From Candidatus Bathyarchaeota archaeon (GTDB taxonomy: Archaea > Thermoproteota > Bathyarchaeia > Bathyarchaeales > Bathycorpusculaceae), in contig CAWGZR010000005.1 in NCBI GenBank assembly GCA_963827165.1, forward strand, positions 736,001 to 800,000: a stretch of 64,000 nt of DNA, read 5' to 3'. The stretch's first letter is position 1. Each line of letters begins with the position of its first letter. Both the position numbers and the translations under genes were made by a program. Of this stretch, positions 18,637 to 27,110 are shown in pieces. The notes beneath the pieces were generated by a model that searched no databases, was not told the DNA's origin, and was given only the letters and a program-made list of their open reading frames with translations.

Positions 18637-19323
18637 ATGAAAGTTGTTGCGGCTTGGAGCGGCGGAAAAGACAGCGCCTATGCAGAGTACTTGGCAACCC
18701 AGCGGGGCCTCGAAGTAGTCAACATTTTGACCATGATGATGAGCAAGGAAAAATCAAACTTCCACATGATACCCGCAGAGATTCTGGATGCACAGTCAGA
18801 CGCCATAGGCATCCCCATAGTGAAGCAGCAAGCCACCCCAAAAACATACGAAGATGACTTCAAAGCTGCGCTGCGGCGTTTCAAAACTGACGGCGCCGAA
18901 GGCTTGGTGACAGGTGACATCTACGAGGTAGCTGGACACGAACAGGGTTGGCTGGGCAGAGTGCTCAAAGAAGTCGGTTTACAACCGATAAAGCCGCTGT
19001 GGATGCTTGACACGAAGCAGATTTACCTTGACTACCTGAAAACAGGGTTTAAGGCAACAGTGGTTAGAACCAACCTGGAGAAGCTGGGCGTAGAGTGGCT
19101 TGGGCGGGTGCTTGACAGAAAATTCTATGACGACATCCTCAAACTCGGCAACGTTGATCCGTGCGGCGAAGGCGGCGAATACCACACTGTTGTGACAGAT
19201 GGACCGACATTTAAGAAAAAGATTGAAATTCTAGAAACACAAAGACACAAGCTAGACAGCGGCTTCGGATACCTCGAAATCAAAAAGTTCGAAGTCAAGC
19301 CGAAAGGCAAGGTAAAACCGTAG
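18637..19323 (+). CDS. DUF71/Dph6-like PP-loop ATP pyrophosphatase (B12-associated type)
   Basis: WSGGKDS, TGDI, PLW and DPCGEGGEYHT motifs; first gene of the cobT-cobS-cobY operon; GGAGG RBS upstream. Confidence 0.9.
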   Translation: MKVVAAWSGGKDSAYAEYLATQRGLEVVNILTMMMSKEKSNFHMIPAEILDAQSDAIGIPIVKQQATPKTYEDDFKAALRRFKTDGAEGLVTGDIYEVAGHEQGWLGRVLKEVGLQPIKPLWMLDTKQIYLDYLKTGFKATVVRTNLEKLGVEWLGRVLDRKFYDDILKLGNVDPCGEGGEYHTVVTDGPTFKKKIEILETQRHKLDSGFGYLEIKKFEVKPKGKVKP

Positions 19324-19324
19324 A

Positions 19325-20425
19325 ATGGACCAATCACTCGATGTAATAATTGCCAATAATGAGCTGAAAGCGAAGGCTTTTCTGGATGAAGTGGCAGGCA
19401 AAAACCCACTTTTCATATGCACAATCGGCACCACGGAAACCGGCAAAATCGCAGGGATATCTGCGGCTGGAGCAAACCCCGAGTTCACGGACTACACTCC
19501 GCCAGCCGATGCTGAACTGCTTCTCTTAGGCAAATGCAAATCCATCAACGGTGTTCCTATAACTCCAGACGGAATCCCCACGCCTGGGTTGATCACGAGG
19601 TCGGCTTTGCAACTCGCTAACATTCCCGTGCTCATAGCCAGCGGCGGGGTAAAGGTGAAGCCTCAGATTCCTTTTTTGGATTTGGGTGGAAATCCAGGAA
19701 GGGACATTCGAAGCGGCAATGCAGTTGACAATGTTGCGGAAGTTATTGAACGCGCTAAAGTTGCTGGACAAAACCTGGCAAAAGCCGTGGATTACCTTGT
19801 GATTGGCGAAAGCATTCCAGGCGGAACAACAACCGCGCTTGGCGTCTTATCTGCTCTGGGAGTGAAAGCAGAAGGAAAAGTAAGCAGCACGCTACCTCAA
19901 AATCCTCACAGTTTGAAGGCTGAAACGGTTCGGTCGGGTTTGACAGCTGCAGGCGAAGATTTCGGCACTTTAGCGAAGGATCCTATTCGGGCTATTTCCT
20001 GTGTTGGCGACCCCATGATGGCGGCCTTTACGGGTTTGGTTATTGGGGCATCAAGTCAGGTTCCTGTTTTGATGGCGGGTGGCACTCAGATGAGCGCTGT
20101 CTTGGCCCTGATTAACGCTTTGGAACCCGATGTTCTGTGCAACGTGGCTGTGGGCACAACTCGCTGGGTTGCGAAGGACAAGTCATCTGACCTTAAAGGA
20201 ATTGTGAAGCAGTTCTGCGACGTGCCGATTTTGGCGGCTGACCTTAACTTTTCAGAATCCCGTTTTCCAGGCTTACAAATCTATGAGACGGGTCTAGTCA
20301 AAGAAGGGGTCGGCGCAGGCGGAGCTTCTATCGCTGCGATGGCGAAGCTTGGTGGCGCTGTAACGGCTGACCTATTGCTTAAAGAGATAGAGCGCAATTA
20401 TGGTTCGCTTATGGGTTTGAAGTGA
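19325..20425 (+). CDS. cobT: Archaeal-type base phosphoribosyltransferase CobT
   Basis: GISAAG, TPPADAE, PTPG.IT, GESIPGGTTTA, GGTQM and KEGVGAGG motifs. Confidence 0.88.
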   Translation: MDQSLDVIIANNELKAKAFLDEVAGKNPLFICTIGTTETGKIAGISAAGANPEFTDYTPPADAELLLLGKCKSINGVPITPDGIPTPGLITRSALQLANIPVLIASGGVKVKPQIPFLDLGGNPGRDIRSGNAVDNVAEVIERAKVAGQNLAKAVDYLVIGESIPGGTTTALGVLSALGVKAEGKVSSTLPQNPHSLKAETVRSGLTAAGEDFGTLAKDPIRAISCVGDPMMAAFTGLVIGASSQVPVLMAGGTQMSAVLALINALEPDVLCNVAVGTTRWVAKDKSSDLKGIVKQFCDVPILAADLNFSESRFPGLQIYETGLVKEGVGAGGASIAAMAKLGGAVTADLLLKEIERNYGSLMGLK

Positions 20426-20426
20426 G

Positions 20427-21200
20427 ATGGCTATTAAAGAGCTCAAGAACCTGCTGTCTTTCCTCACAATCTTTCCCGTTGCAATGGACAAGGATATGCT
20501 TACTGACTGCGCAAAAGATATGTGGGCTTTTCCGCTGATCGGCTCTTTCATCGGTTTGATTGCCGGCGTTTTCGGTTGGGTTGCTGGCCAGTTTGTTCAC
20601 GGCTTAGTCATCGGCGGCTTAGTTTTGGCAGCTCTTTTGCTAATAACTGGGCTTCATCACACAGACGGGCTTCTTGATTTCGGCGACGGCGTCATGGCTC
20701 ACGGCACACCCGAACACAAGATTGCGGTCATGCATGACCAACTAACAGGCGCAGGCGGCTTATCCATGGGCATCATGACTATGCTTATCGCAGCCTTAGC
20801 CATCGGGCAATTAAGTGGCAATGGGCTTTTCAAAATTCCCCTGATAATCGGCGGCATCATCGCAGTTGAGGCTTCTGCGAAACTTTCGATGGTCGTTATG
20901 GCTTGGGCTGGAAAATCTGTTCATCAAGGCATGAACTCGTCTTTTCTTGAAGCCATGAGTGGAAGCAAAGGCACCTTGCGCTTGGTTGCTGCCGTTGCTA
21001 TCTCTTTCGCTGTTGCTTTGCCTTTCCTGGGCTGGGCGGGCGCTTTCGTTGTCTTAGCCGGCGTGATTACTAGTTTGGTGATGGTTGCGGTTGCCCACCG
21101 GCACTTCGGCGGGGTCACGGGTGACGTTTTCGGTGCCACAAACGAGATAACCCGAATGGTATGCGTTATCGTTTTGCTGGCGGTGGTTGCTTGGGTATAG
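20427..21200 (+). CDS. cobS: Adenosylcobinamide-GDP ribazoletransferase (cobamide synthase)
   Basis: SFLTIFP, TGLHHTDGLLDFGDG, MHD..TGAGG and GGVTGDVFGATNE, all canonical. Confidence 0.92.
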   Translation: MAIKELKNLLSFLTIFPVAMDKDMLTDCAKDMWAFPLIGSFIGLIAGVFGWVAGQFVHGLVIGGLVLAALLLITGLHHTDGLLDFGDGVMAHGTPEHKIAVMHDQLTGAGGLSMGIMTMLIAALAIGQLSGNGLFKIPLIIGGIIAVEASAKLSMVVMAWAGKSVHQGMNSSFLEAMSGSKGTLRLVAAVAISFAVALPFLGWAGAFVVLAGVITSLVMVAVAHRHFGGVTGDVFGATNEITRMVCVIVLLAVVAWV

Positions 21201-21814
21201 CCGCTCTTGTGATGGCTGGGGGAAAAGGGACCCGCATGCAAATCCAAGAAGAAAAACCCCTCATACGAGTCTGCGGAAAACCTGTTATAGAATACGTAAT
21301 TGCAGCATTGCAAAACGCCCAAAAAATTGACTGCATCTTCGTGGCAACAAGCGCTTGTACGCCTAAAACCGCCAAATACCTGAACGGATTTTCAGTTAAA
21401 GTGCTTGATACCCCCGGGAAAGACTATGTTTCGGATATGGGCTACGCGAGCCAAAACTTGAAACTGGGCGTTTTCGTGGCTATTGCGGCTGATTTGCCTC
21501 TTGTCACGAGCGAAGTGGTCGACACTATCGTTGAACGATATGAATGCTGCGGCAAACCCGCTCTTACCGTCGCGGTCCCCCTGGAAACAAAGAGGCGGCT
21601 TGGGATGTGTGTCGAGTACTCTTTTAAAATGGATGACAAAGATGTCGTTCCCGTTGGCATCAACGTTATTGACGGGCGCAAGAGGTACGGTGACGAGTGG
21701 CTTGATCAAGACATCTACCTGCTTGATCTGGACGAATTAGCCATCAACATTAACACAGTAAAGGAACTGCAGCTTGCCGAAAATTTTTTGGCTGAGCGAA
21801 AAACTTGTTTCTAG
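21191..21814 (+). CDS. cobY: Adenosylcobinamide-phosphate guanylyltransferase
   Basis: MAGGKGTRM, EKPL, DY.SD, ADLP and NINT motifs. Probable TTG start at 21191 overlapping the cobS end. Confidence 0.88.
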   Translation: MGIAALVMAGGKGTRMQIQEEKPLIRVCGKPVIEYVIAALQNAQKIDCIFVATSACTPKTAKYLNGFSVKVLDTPGKDYVSDMGYASQNLKLGVFVAIAADLPLVTSEVVDTIVERYECCGKPALTVAVPLETKRRLGMCVEYSFKMDDKDVVPVGINVIDGRKRYGDEWLDQDIYLLDLDELAININTVKELQLAENFLAERKTCF

Positions 21815-22689
21815 GTTTTTTCTGTTTTGGTTTCCAGTATTTCTTTTAGTGTTTCCTTCATTTTTCTAGCGTCAACATCCAAAACTGGCGATTCGCATAT
21901 CATCGTAGGATGCATTTTGAAGTCGGCAATGACTTCAGCTAGCATGCGGAAATCTGGACCAAACCCTTCTTCGTTGAGGGTGTGATGTTTTTTCTCTCCC
22001 TGCGCAGAGAACTCGATTTTTGAGAAGTGACAGTGCATGCTCCTCAATGATTCCGTTCCCAAACGCTCTTCGATTCTTTCGGCAACTGCCCGAAAATCCT
22101 CGGTTTTCTTTAGGCTTCCTTGATGGAGGGCGTGGAGGTGCGCCCAGTCAATGACCAATTGCGTGCCTTCAATCTCTTGGTTGAGCGTCAGGATTTCATC
22201 CAAGCTGCCTACCTGGAATTTTCTTCCCATCGTTTCAGGTCCAAGCTTCACCCGAAGCCCTAGGTTTCGCATTTCGACGCTCACATCTTTTAGCGCGGCA
22301 AGGCACGTTTTGAAGGCGAAATCTTTTTCGAAGCGTCCGTAGAACCCCGTGTGGAATACCATTACGTAAGCTCCCATCCAATCTGCTGCGGTTGCTGATG
22401 CGATTAGCCGTCGTTTACTTGCCTCGACAACTTCGCGTGTGCCCGACAGGTTGATGTAGTATGAGCTGTGAAGGCTAAGCTGCACATCGCTCACTTTTGC
22501 TGCGGCACCCAGCTTCTCCGCCAGATTCTTGGAAATCTGTGGTTTAGGACCCCAGCGGACGGCCTCGTACTCAAGCGCATCCAAGTCTTCTTCACGGAGA
22601 AGTCGTGGAACGTCTGGCAAGTCTGCTCCCATAAGGCGAAACATCGGTGGAACTCCTGCAGGTCCAAAACGGGTACGCTCAGCCATCAA
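21811..22689 (-). CDS. nfo: Endonuclease IV (AP endonuclease 2 family TIM barrel)
   Basis: FGPAG.P, LHSSYYINL, FHTG, PETMG, DWAH, HCHFS, HH and CESP motifs. Confidence 0.88.
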   Translation of the reverse strand: MMAERTRFGPAGVPPMFRLMGADLPDVPRLLREEDLDALEYEAVRWGPKPQISKNLAEKLGAAAKVSDVQLSLHSSYYINLSGTREVVEASKRRLIASATAADWMGAYVMVFHTGFYGRFEKDFAFKTCLAALKDVSVEMRNLGLRVKLGPETMGRKFQVGSLDEILTLNQEIEGTQLVIDWAHLHALHQGSLKKTEDFRAVAERIEERLGTESLRSMHCHFSKIEFSAQGEKKHHTLNEEGFGPDFRMLAEVIADFKMHPTMICESPVLDVDARKMKETLKEILETKTEKT

Positions 22690-22764
22690 ATACCAGCTTT
22701 CTATTTTGGGTCGTCAAACATTAAAGTTTTCGTCTCCTTAAAACTTGCGTAAACCCGAGAGTAG

Positions 22765-23553
22765 CTAAAGATGGAGTAGATGAACTAATGTCGGGACAGG
22801 CACGTAAAGACGGATGTAGACGGCTGCGACTATTATTCCGATAGTAAGCGCCAGCAGTGCGTAATCTCCCTTGTGCAATTTTAGTGAGTAAAGGTTTGTG
22901 CGTTTTTTGGTTGCTCCCCAAGCTCGGCTTTCCATTGCCTCCGCCAACTCCAGGCTTCTTCGGATAGCACTGACTATTAGTGGAATGAGCACGGGCACGT
23001 AATTCCGTATCCGCTTCATTAAGCCTCCTTTCTCAAGCTCGAGCCCCCTAGCTTTCTGAGCGTCCATTATCGTTTGGGCTTCCTCAGCGAGTACGGGGAC
23101 GAAACGCACTGCTGTAGTGAAGGCGAAAGCGAATTCGTATGGCACGTGTGATTCTTCCAACGCCAAGCCGAGGTGATCTGGCGAGGTGGTTAGAAAGAAA
23201 ACTGAGAAGGATTCAACTAGCACCACGAAACGCAAGGTCAAAGCTAACGCGCTCTCTACGGCGGGAGGAGCCACCTTGTACCCTGCGTAGAAAAAGGACG
23301 TTCCAACGTTTACTGCGAAGATGACGACTGCCAAGAAAGCTGCCCCCCGCAACGAGCGAACCCATTGCCGCTGCACCCGCGCTAGAAAAACGAATGGAAT
23401 CTGTAGTGCGAAGAGAAAGAGCAGAGGGATGATCTGGGCGAAAATGATTGCGACGGCGAAAACTGATATTACATAGACGAATTTTATTCTGGGGTCTAGG
23501 TTGTGGATTGGAGAGTAAACTTTGCGGAATTTTAACCCGTCGAAAACGCTCAA
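22765..23553 (-). CDS. ecfT: ECF transporter transmembrane component T
   Basis: LDPRIK, RFVP, AQKARG and AMESRA motifs. Confidence 0.92.
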   Translation of the reverse strand: MSVFDGLKFRKVYSPIHNLDPRIKFVYVISVFAVAIIFAQIIPLLFLFALQIPFVFLARVQRQWVRSLRGAAFLAVVIFAVNVGTSFFYAGYKVAPPAVESALALTLRFVVLVESFSVFFLTTSPDHLGLALEESHVPYEFAFAFTTAVRFVPVLAEEAQTIMDAQKARGLELEKGGLMKRIRNYVPVLIPLIVSAIRRSLELAEAMESRAWGATKKRTNLYSLKLHKGDYALLALTIGIIVAAVYIRLYVPVPTLVHLLHL

Positions 23554-24374
23554 TGGGTTTTGCCTTCCTTGGCGTTTAAGATTATTTTTTCTGCCTCGTA
23601 AATGTCAATCACGTTCTTGGGAAAACCCAGCGGCGCCAATTTCGCGAATACTTGCGCTATTTGAGGAAGAACAATCGAGGATTCAGCCAAAACCTCGGCG
23701 TCAGTCAAAATTTCTTTTCCAGAGCCTTCAGCAACGATTTTCCCCTCCTTCATCAAAACAACACGGGGGTTGCATTCGGCGACGAATTCCACGTCATGAG
23801 TGACTATGACGACGGTTTTTCCTTGCGCCTGCATCTGCATAATGAATTGGGTTAGCTTTTCCTTTTGTTCGTGATCTTGGCCAATTGTAGGTTCGTCCAA
23901 AATCAGGGTCTGCGGGTTCCAAGCTAAAACCGAAGCTAATGCGACACGTTTCCGTTCGCCACCGCTTAAGAGGAAAGGTGAGGTTTTGCGGTACTGGCTA
24001 AGAGAAAGTAACTCAAGCGCCCACGTTACCCTTTTTTCAACAACGTCTGGCGTGAACCCGAAGTTTTTGAGGGCAAAAGCGATTTCTTCTTCGACTGTTT
24101 CGCTGAAAAGTTGGTGGTCAGGGTTCTGGAAGACAAAACCGACGTTTCTAGCGAGTGTTGCAACGCTGGTTTTGGTGGTTTCAACTCCGTTCACAATCAC
24201 TTTTCCCGAGGTGGGTTTCAGTAGCCCGTTGAAGTGCTTGACGAAAGTTGATTTTCCCGCTCCGTTTTGCCCCATTATCGCCAAGAACTCACCGTCTTTC
24301 ACTGTTAACGATACACCTTTGAGGGCTTCCACTTTGTTCGCGTATGAAAAGTGAATGTCCTGCGCCTCAATCAT
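23550..24374 (-). CDS. ecfA2: ECF transporter ATPase
   Basis: GQNGAGKS, FQNPDHQ, LSGGE and LDEPT motifs. Confidence 0.92.
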   Translation of the reverse strand: MIEAQDIHFSYANKVEALKGVSLTVKDGEFLAIMGQNGAGKSTFVKHFNGLLKPTSGKVIVNGVETTKTSVATLARNVGFVFQNPDHQLFSETVEEEIAFALKNFGFTPDVVEKRVTWALELLSLSQYRKTSPFLLSGGERKRVALASVLAWNPQTLILDEPTIGQDHEQKEKLTQFIMQMQAQGKTVVIVTHDVEFVAECNPRVVLMKEGKIVAEGSGKEILTDAEVLAESSIVLPQIAQVFAKLAPLGFPKNVIDIYEAEKIILNAKEGKTH

Positions 24375-25222
24375 TTAACTGCGAAAGCCTCCAACAGCTG
24401 GTCTGCTAACTCTTCAGAAGATAGGGGTGTGTTGTCGCCAACGTTTAAGCCGTCTTTTTTGAGCAACTGATAAAGTAGAGTTGCCTTTGGTATCCCTACG
24501 CCGATTAAGCGGGTTTCTGCCGAGTTTAGGATTTCCCTGGGGTTGCCTTCTAAACAAACTTTTCCCTCATCCATCACTACAAGGTGATTCGCGTACTTCG
24601 CCGTCAAATCCAGCCTGTGCTCCACGAGCACAACGGTTATGCCTTGTTTTCTGTTCAAATCGTAGATGACATCAAAAATTTTCTCGGCGCTAAGCGGGTC
24701 AAGAAAAGACGTGGGTTCATCTAACACTATGATTTCAGGCTCCATCGCCAAAACGGCTGCAATCGCTACCCGCTGCTGTTGTCCACCGCTGATTTCATGT
24801 GGCGACCGTTCCCGTAAATCGTAGATGCCTGTCTGGTTGAGTGCCCAATCCACTTTTTTTCTGATTTCTGCTCGAATAACTCCAAGGTTTTCCAGTCCGA
24901 AAGCCACGTCTTTCTCAACTGAGAGGGCAAAGAGCTGGTTTTCGGGGTTTTGGAACACTAGCCCTACTCGTTTAGCCATCTCGTAGGTATGGCGTTTTAG
25001 TACGTCTTCGCCTGCAACAGTAATTTCACCTTTGAGTTCGCCCTGATAAAAATGTGGGACTAACCCATTGAAGCATCGGCACAAAGTTGTTTTTCCACAG
25101 CCGCTTGGACCCGTGATTAGAACGAACTCGCCTTTCTCCACTTTGATGGAGACGTCGGCGATTGACGGTTTAGTTGCGCCCGGATAAGTGTAAGTGAGGT
25201 TTTTGGTTTCGATTATAGCCAT
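24371..25222 (-). CDS. ecfA1: ECF transporter ATPase
   Basis: GPSGCGKT, FQNPENQ, ISGGQ and LDEPT motifs. ATG at 25222. Confidence 0.92.
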   Translation of the reverse strand: MAIIETKNLTYTYPGATKPSIADVSIKVEKGEFVLITGPSGCGKTTLCRCFNGLVPHFYQGELKGEITVAGEDVLKRHTYEMAKRVGLVFQNPENQLFALSVEKDVAFGLENLGVIRAEIRKKVDWALNQTGIYDLRERSPHEISGGQQQRVAIAAVLAMEPEIIVLDEPTSFLDPLSAEKIFDVIYDLNRKQGITVVLVEHRLDLTAKYANHLVVMDEGKVCLEGNPREILNSAETRLIGVGIPKATLLYQLLKKDGLNVGDNTPLSSEELADQLLEAFAVK

Positions 25223-25335
25223 ATTTGTGCCTGCACTTAAGCGTAAACGACTGTTCATTTAAGCGTAGCTACCCAACTTTGGCTGTTTTTTAAATCTACA
25301 CATATCCAAAAAGAAAACCCGTTGAGTGAAGATTT

Positions 25336-26361
25336 TCACACCAAAGAAGGAACTGAGTCTGGGTTAAGGGAATTACCTACAGCCTTTCGCAAAAGTGCAA
25401 GACATTGTTTAAGCGTCGGTCCTATTTCGCCTGTGCCGCTTACTCCTGCCGCCATGGCGTGTCCTCCACCAACTCCTTGAAGGAACTCACCTAGAGGCGC
25501 TGCAATATCCTTTCCTAAGTTTATACCTGTCCCCTCTGTGAACTGCCGGATACAACGAAGGCTTACTTCGATTTTTCCGTTCTTGAGTCCTGCAACTGCT
25601 GAGGCATGGGCGCCTATATCAACTAGAGACTTTGCTGCTGGAGCTTGGTAGGCACTGACATGGGAAACAGCGATTATCCAACCGTTGATCCTGACAATTT
25701 TAGCTCTTTTGCATGCCTTCAGTTTAGCTAAGCGTTCTGAAGTGTCGATTGGCAAGGCAAACTCCTGTAACGTTGCTTGCACATCAATACCCGTGCTGAC
25801 CAGCTTAGCGACGACTCCGAAGGTCGAGGCGCTCGCCAAAGAGAAATGCCTTGTGTCAAAAGCTATCCCTATAAACAGCGCTTTTGCCTCGTTGAAATTG
25901 GGCTTAACTTTTGCCTGCTTGAAGAGTCTATAAACAATTTCACAGTTGGCTGGGGCTTTCTGATCTATGATGCAGAGCTTGCAGATTTGGGTGGTTTCGG
26001 GGCTTGGGTAATGATGGTCAACGATTATTTTAGGGGCAGGTGACCTTCTTATGGTGTCCGCGACCTCGTCCAGTTGGTCAATCGTGTTTAGATCTAGAAA
26101 AACAATCACTTCTGCCGATTCAATGTTCGGTTTAAGATTGACTGTTATAGGCATGCGTTCCAGAAGAAGTTTAGCTGGCTTGTTGACGCCCTGGGGGCAG
26201 CCGACTTCAAACACCACATCGGGCATAAACCGTTTCAGTAAGCCCTGCAAAGCGTACGCTGAACAGATTGCGTCAGCGTCGGCGCCACGGTGACACAGCA
26301 AAAGGACAAAAGACGCATTGTTTTCCTTGAGAATTTGGAGAAAATCTTGGAATTCGTTCAT
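25336..26361 (-). CDS. DHH/DHHA1 family phosphoesterase
   Basis: H..ADAD, D, DHH, DT and GGGH..AAG motifs. Confidence 0.9.
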   Translation of the reverse strand: MNEFQDFLQILKENNASFVLLLCHRGADADAICSAYALQGLLKRFMPDVVFEVGCPQGVNKPAKLLLERMPITVNLKPNIESAEVIVFLDLNTIDQLDEVADTIRRSPAPKIIVDHHYPSPETTQICKLCIIDQKAPANCEIVYRLFKQAKVKPNFNEAKALFIGIAFDTRHFSLASASTFGVVAKLVSTGIDVQATLQEFALPIDTSERLAKLKACKRAKIVRINGWIIAVSHVSAYQAPAAKSLVDIGAHASAVAGLKNGKIEVSLRCIRQFTEGTGINLGKDIAAPLGEFLQGVGGGHAMAAGVSGTGEIGPTLKQCLALLRKAVGNSLNPDSVPSLV

Positions 26362-26648
26362 TTTAGCTTTCTCAGATAGGTTTCGACGGCTTGATGTGCC
26401 GCCCCTGTTGCTTCATTAACCAGCGCCTGCGCGTCAACATCTTTGGCTTCGGGCGTTAATTGAAGGTCTATTTCTACGGAGACTTTGAGTGGTTTTGCCC
26501 CTTCAGCTTCCACGCTGATGTCCAAGAGATCAACCATTCTAGAAGAAACTTTTGACAGAACATATCTTCTGGCTTCCTCTTCAGCTGCCGCGCATAAAAT
26601 TTCTATTTGCTCGGTGGATAACTCTGGTATCCCGAGCTCACCCAACAA
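26358..26648 (-). CDS. DUF3194 family protein
   Basis: IPELS.EQIE.LC..AEE pattern; usual position between pfdB and DHH. Confidence 0.7.
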   Translation of the reverse strand: MLGELGIPELSTEQIEILCAAAEEEARRYVLSKVSSRMVDLLDISVEAEGAKPLKVSVEIDLQLTPEAKDVDAQALVNEATGAAHQAVETYLRKLK

Positions 26649-26656
26649 TCATTCAC

Positions 26657-27031
26657 CTAAGAAGTAGGTGGTTGATTGACAGGGCTTAGGTCTTCTTGGA
26701 GTTTCGTCTGCGACTCTTTTATTTGGCTGCGCATCCGCTCTTCTTGTCTTCCCAGAACCGTGCTTCTTGTTTCCAAAAGTTCTTTGCGTTCAACAAGTTC
26801 CTCAGTTACTTTCGGTTTCTCTGCTTTCACAAGCAGTGAACCAACTGCCTTGTAAATCACCGCGGCGTCAGCCGTTTTCTGAAGTTCGGCAATGGTCTGT
26901 TCAACCTCTGATTTTTCCATTTCAACCTGCTGTTTCTGCTGAAGAATTGACTGAAGCGTTTGCTGTAATTGCTGCAGTCTAAGAAGCCTTTCTTGAACGT
27001 TAGCCGGTAACCTTGAAATATCATCACTCAA
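26657..27031 (-). CDS. pfdB: Prefoldin subunit beta
   Basis: Q-rich coiled coils flanking an IYKAVGSLLVK hairpin. Confidence 0.92.
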   Translation of the reverse strand: MSDDISRLPANVQERLLRLQQLQQTLQSILQQKQQVEMEKSEVEQTIAELQKTADAAVIYKAVGSLLVKAEKPKVTEELVERKELLETRSTVLGRQEERMRSQIKESQTKLQEDLSPVNQPPTS

Positions 27032-27110
27032 ATTTTATCCTTCCGTACCCAGCAATACGAGACGCTATTAATTAAGTATTTCCAACAAGCGAAACGCTGC
27101 CGAAAACCCG

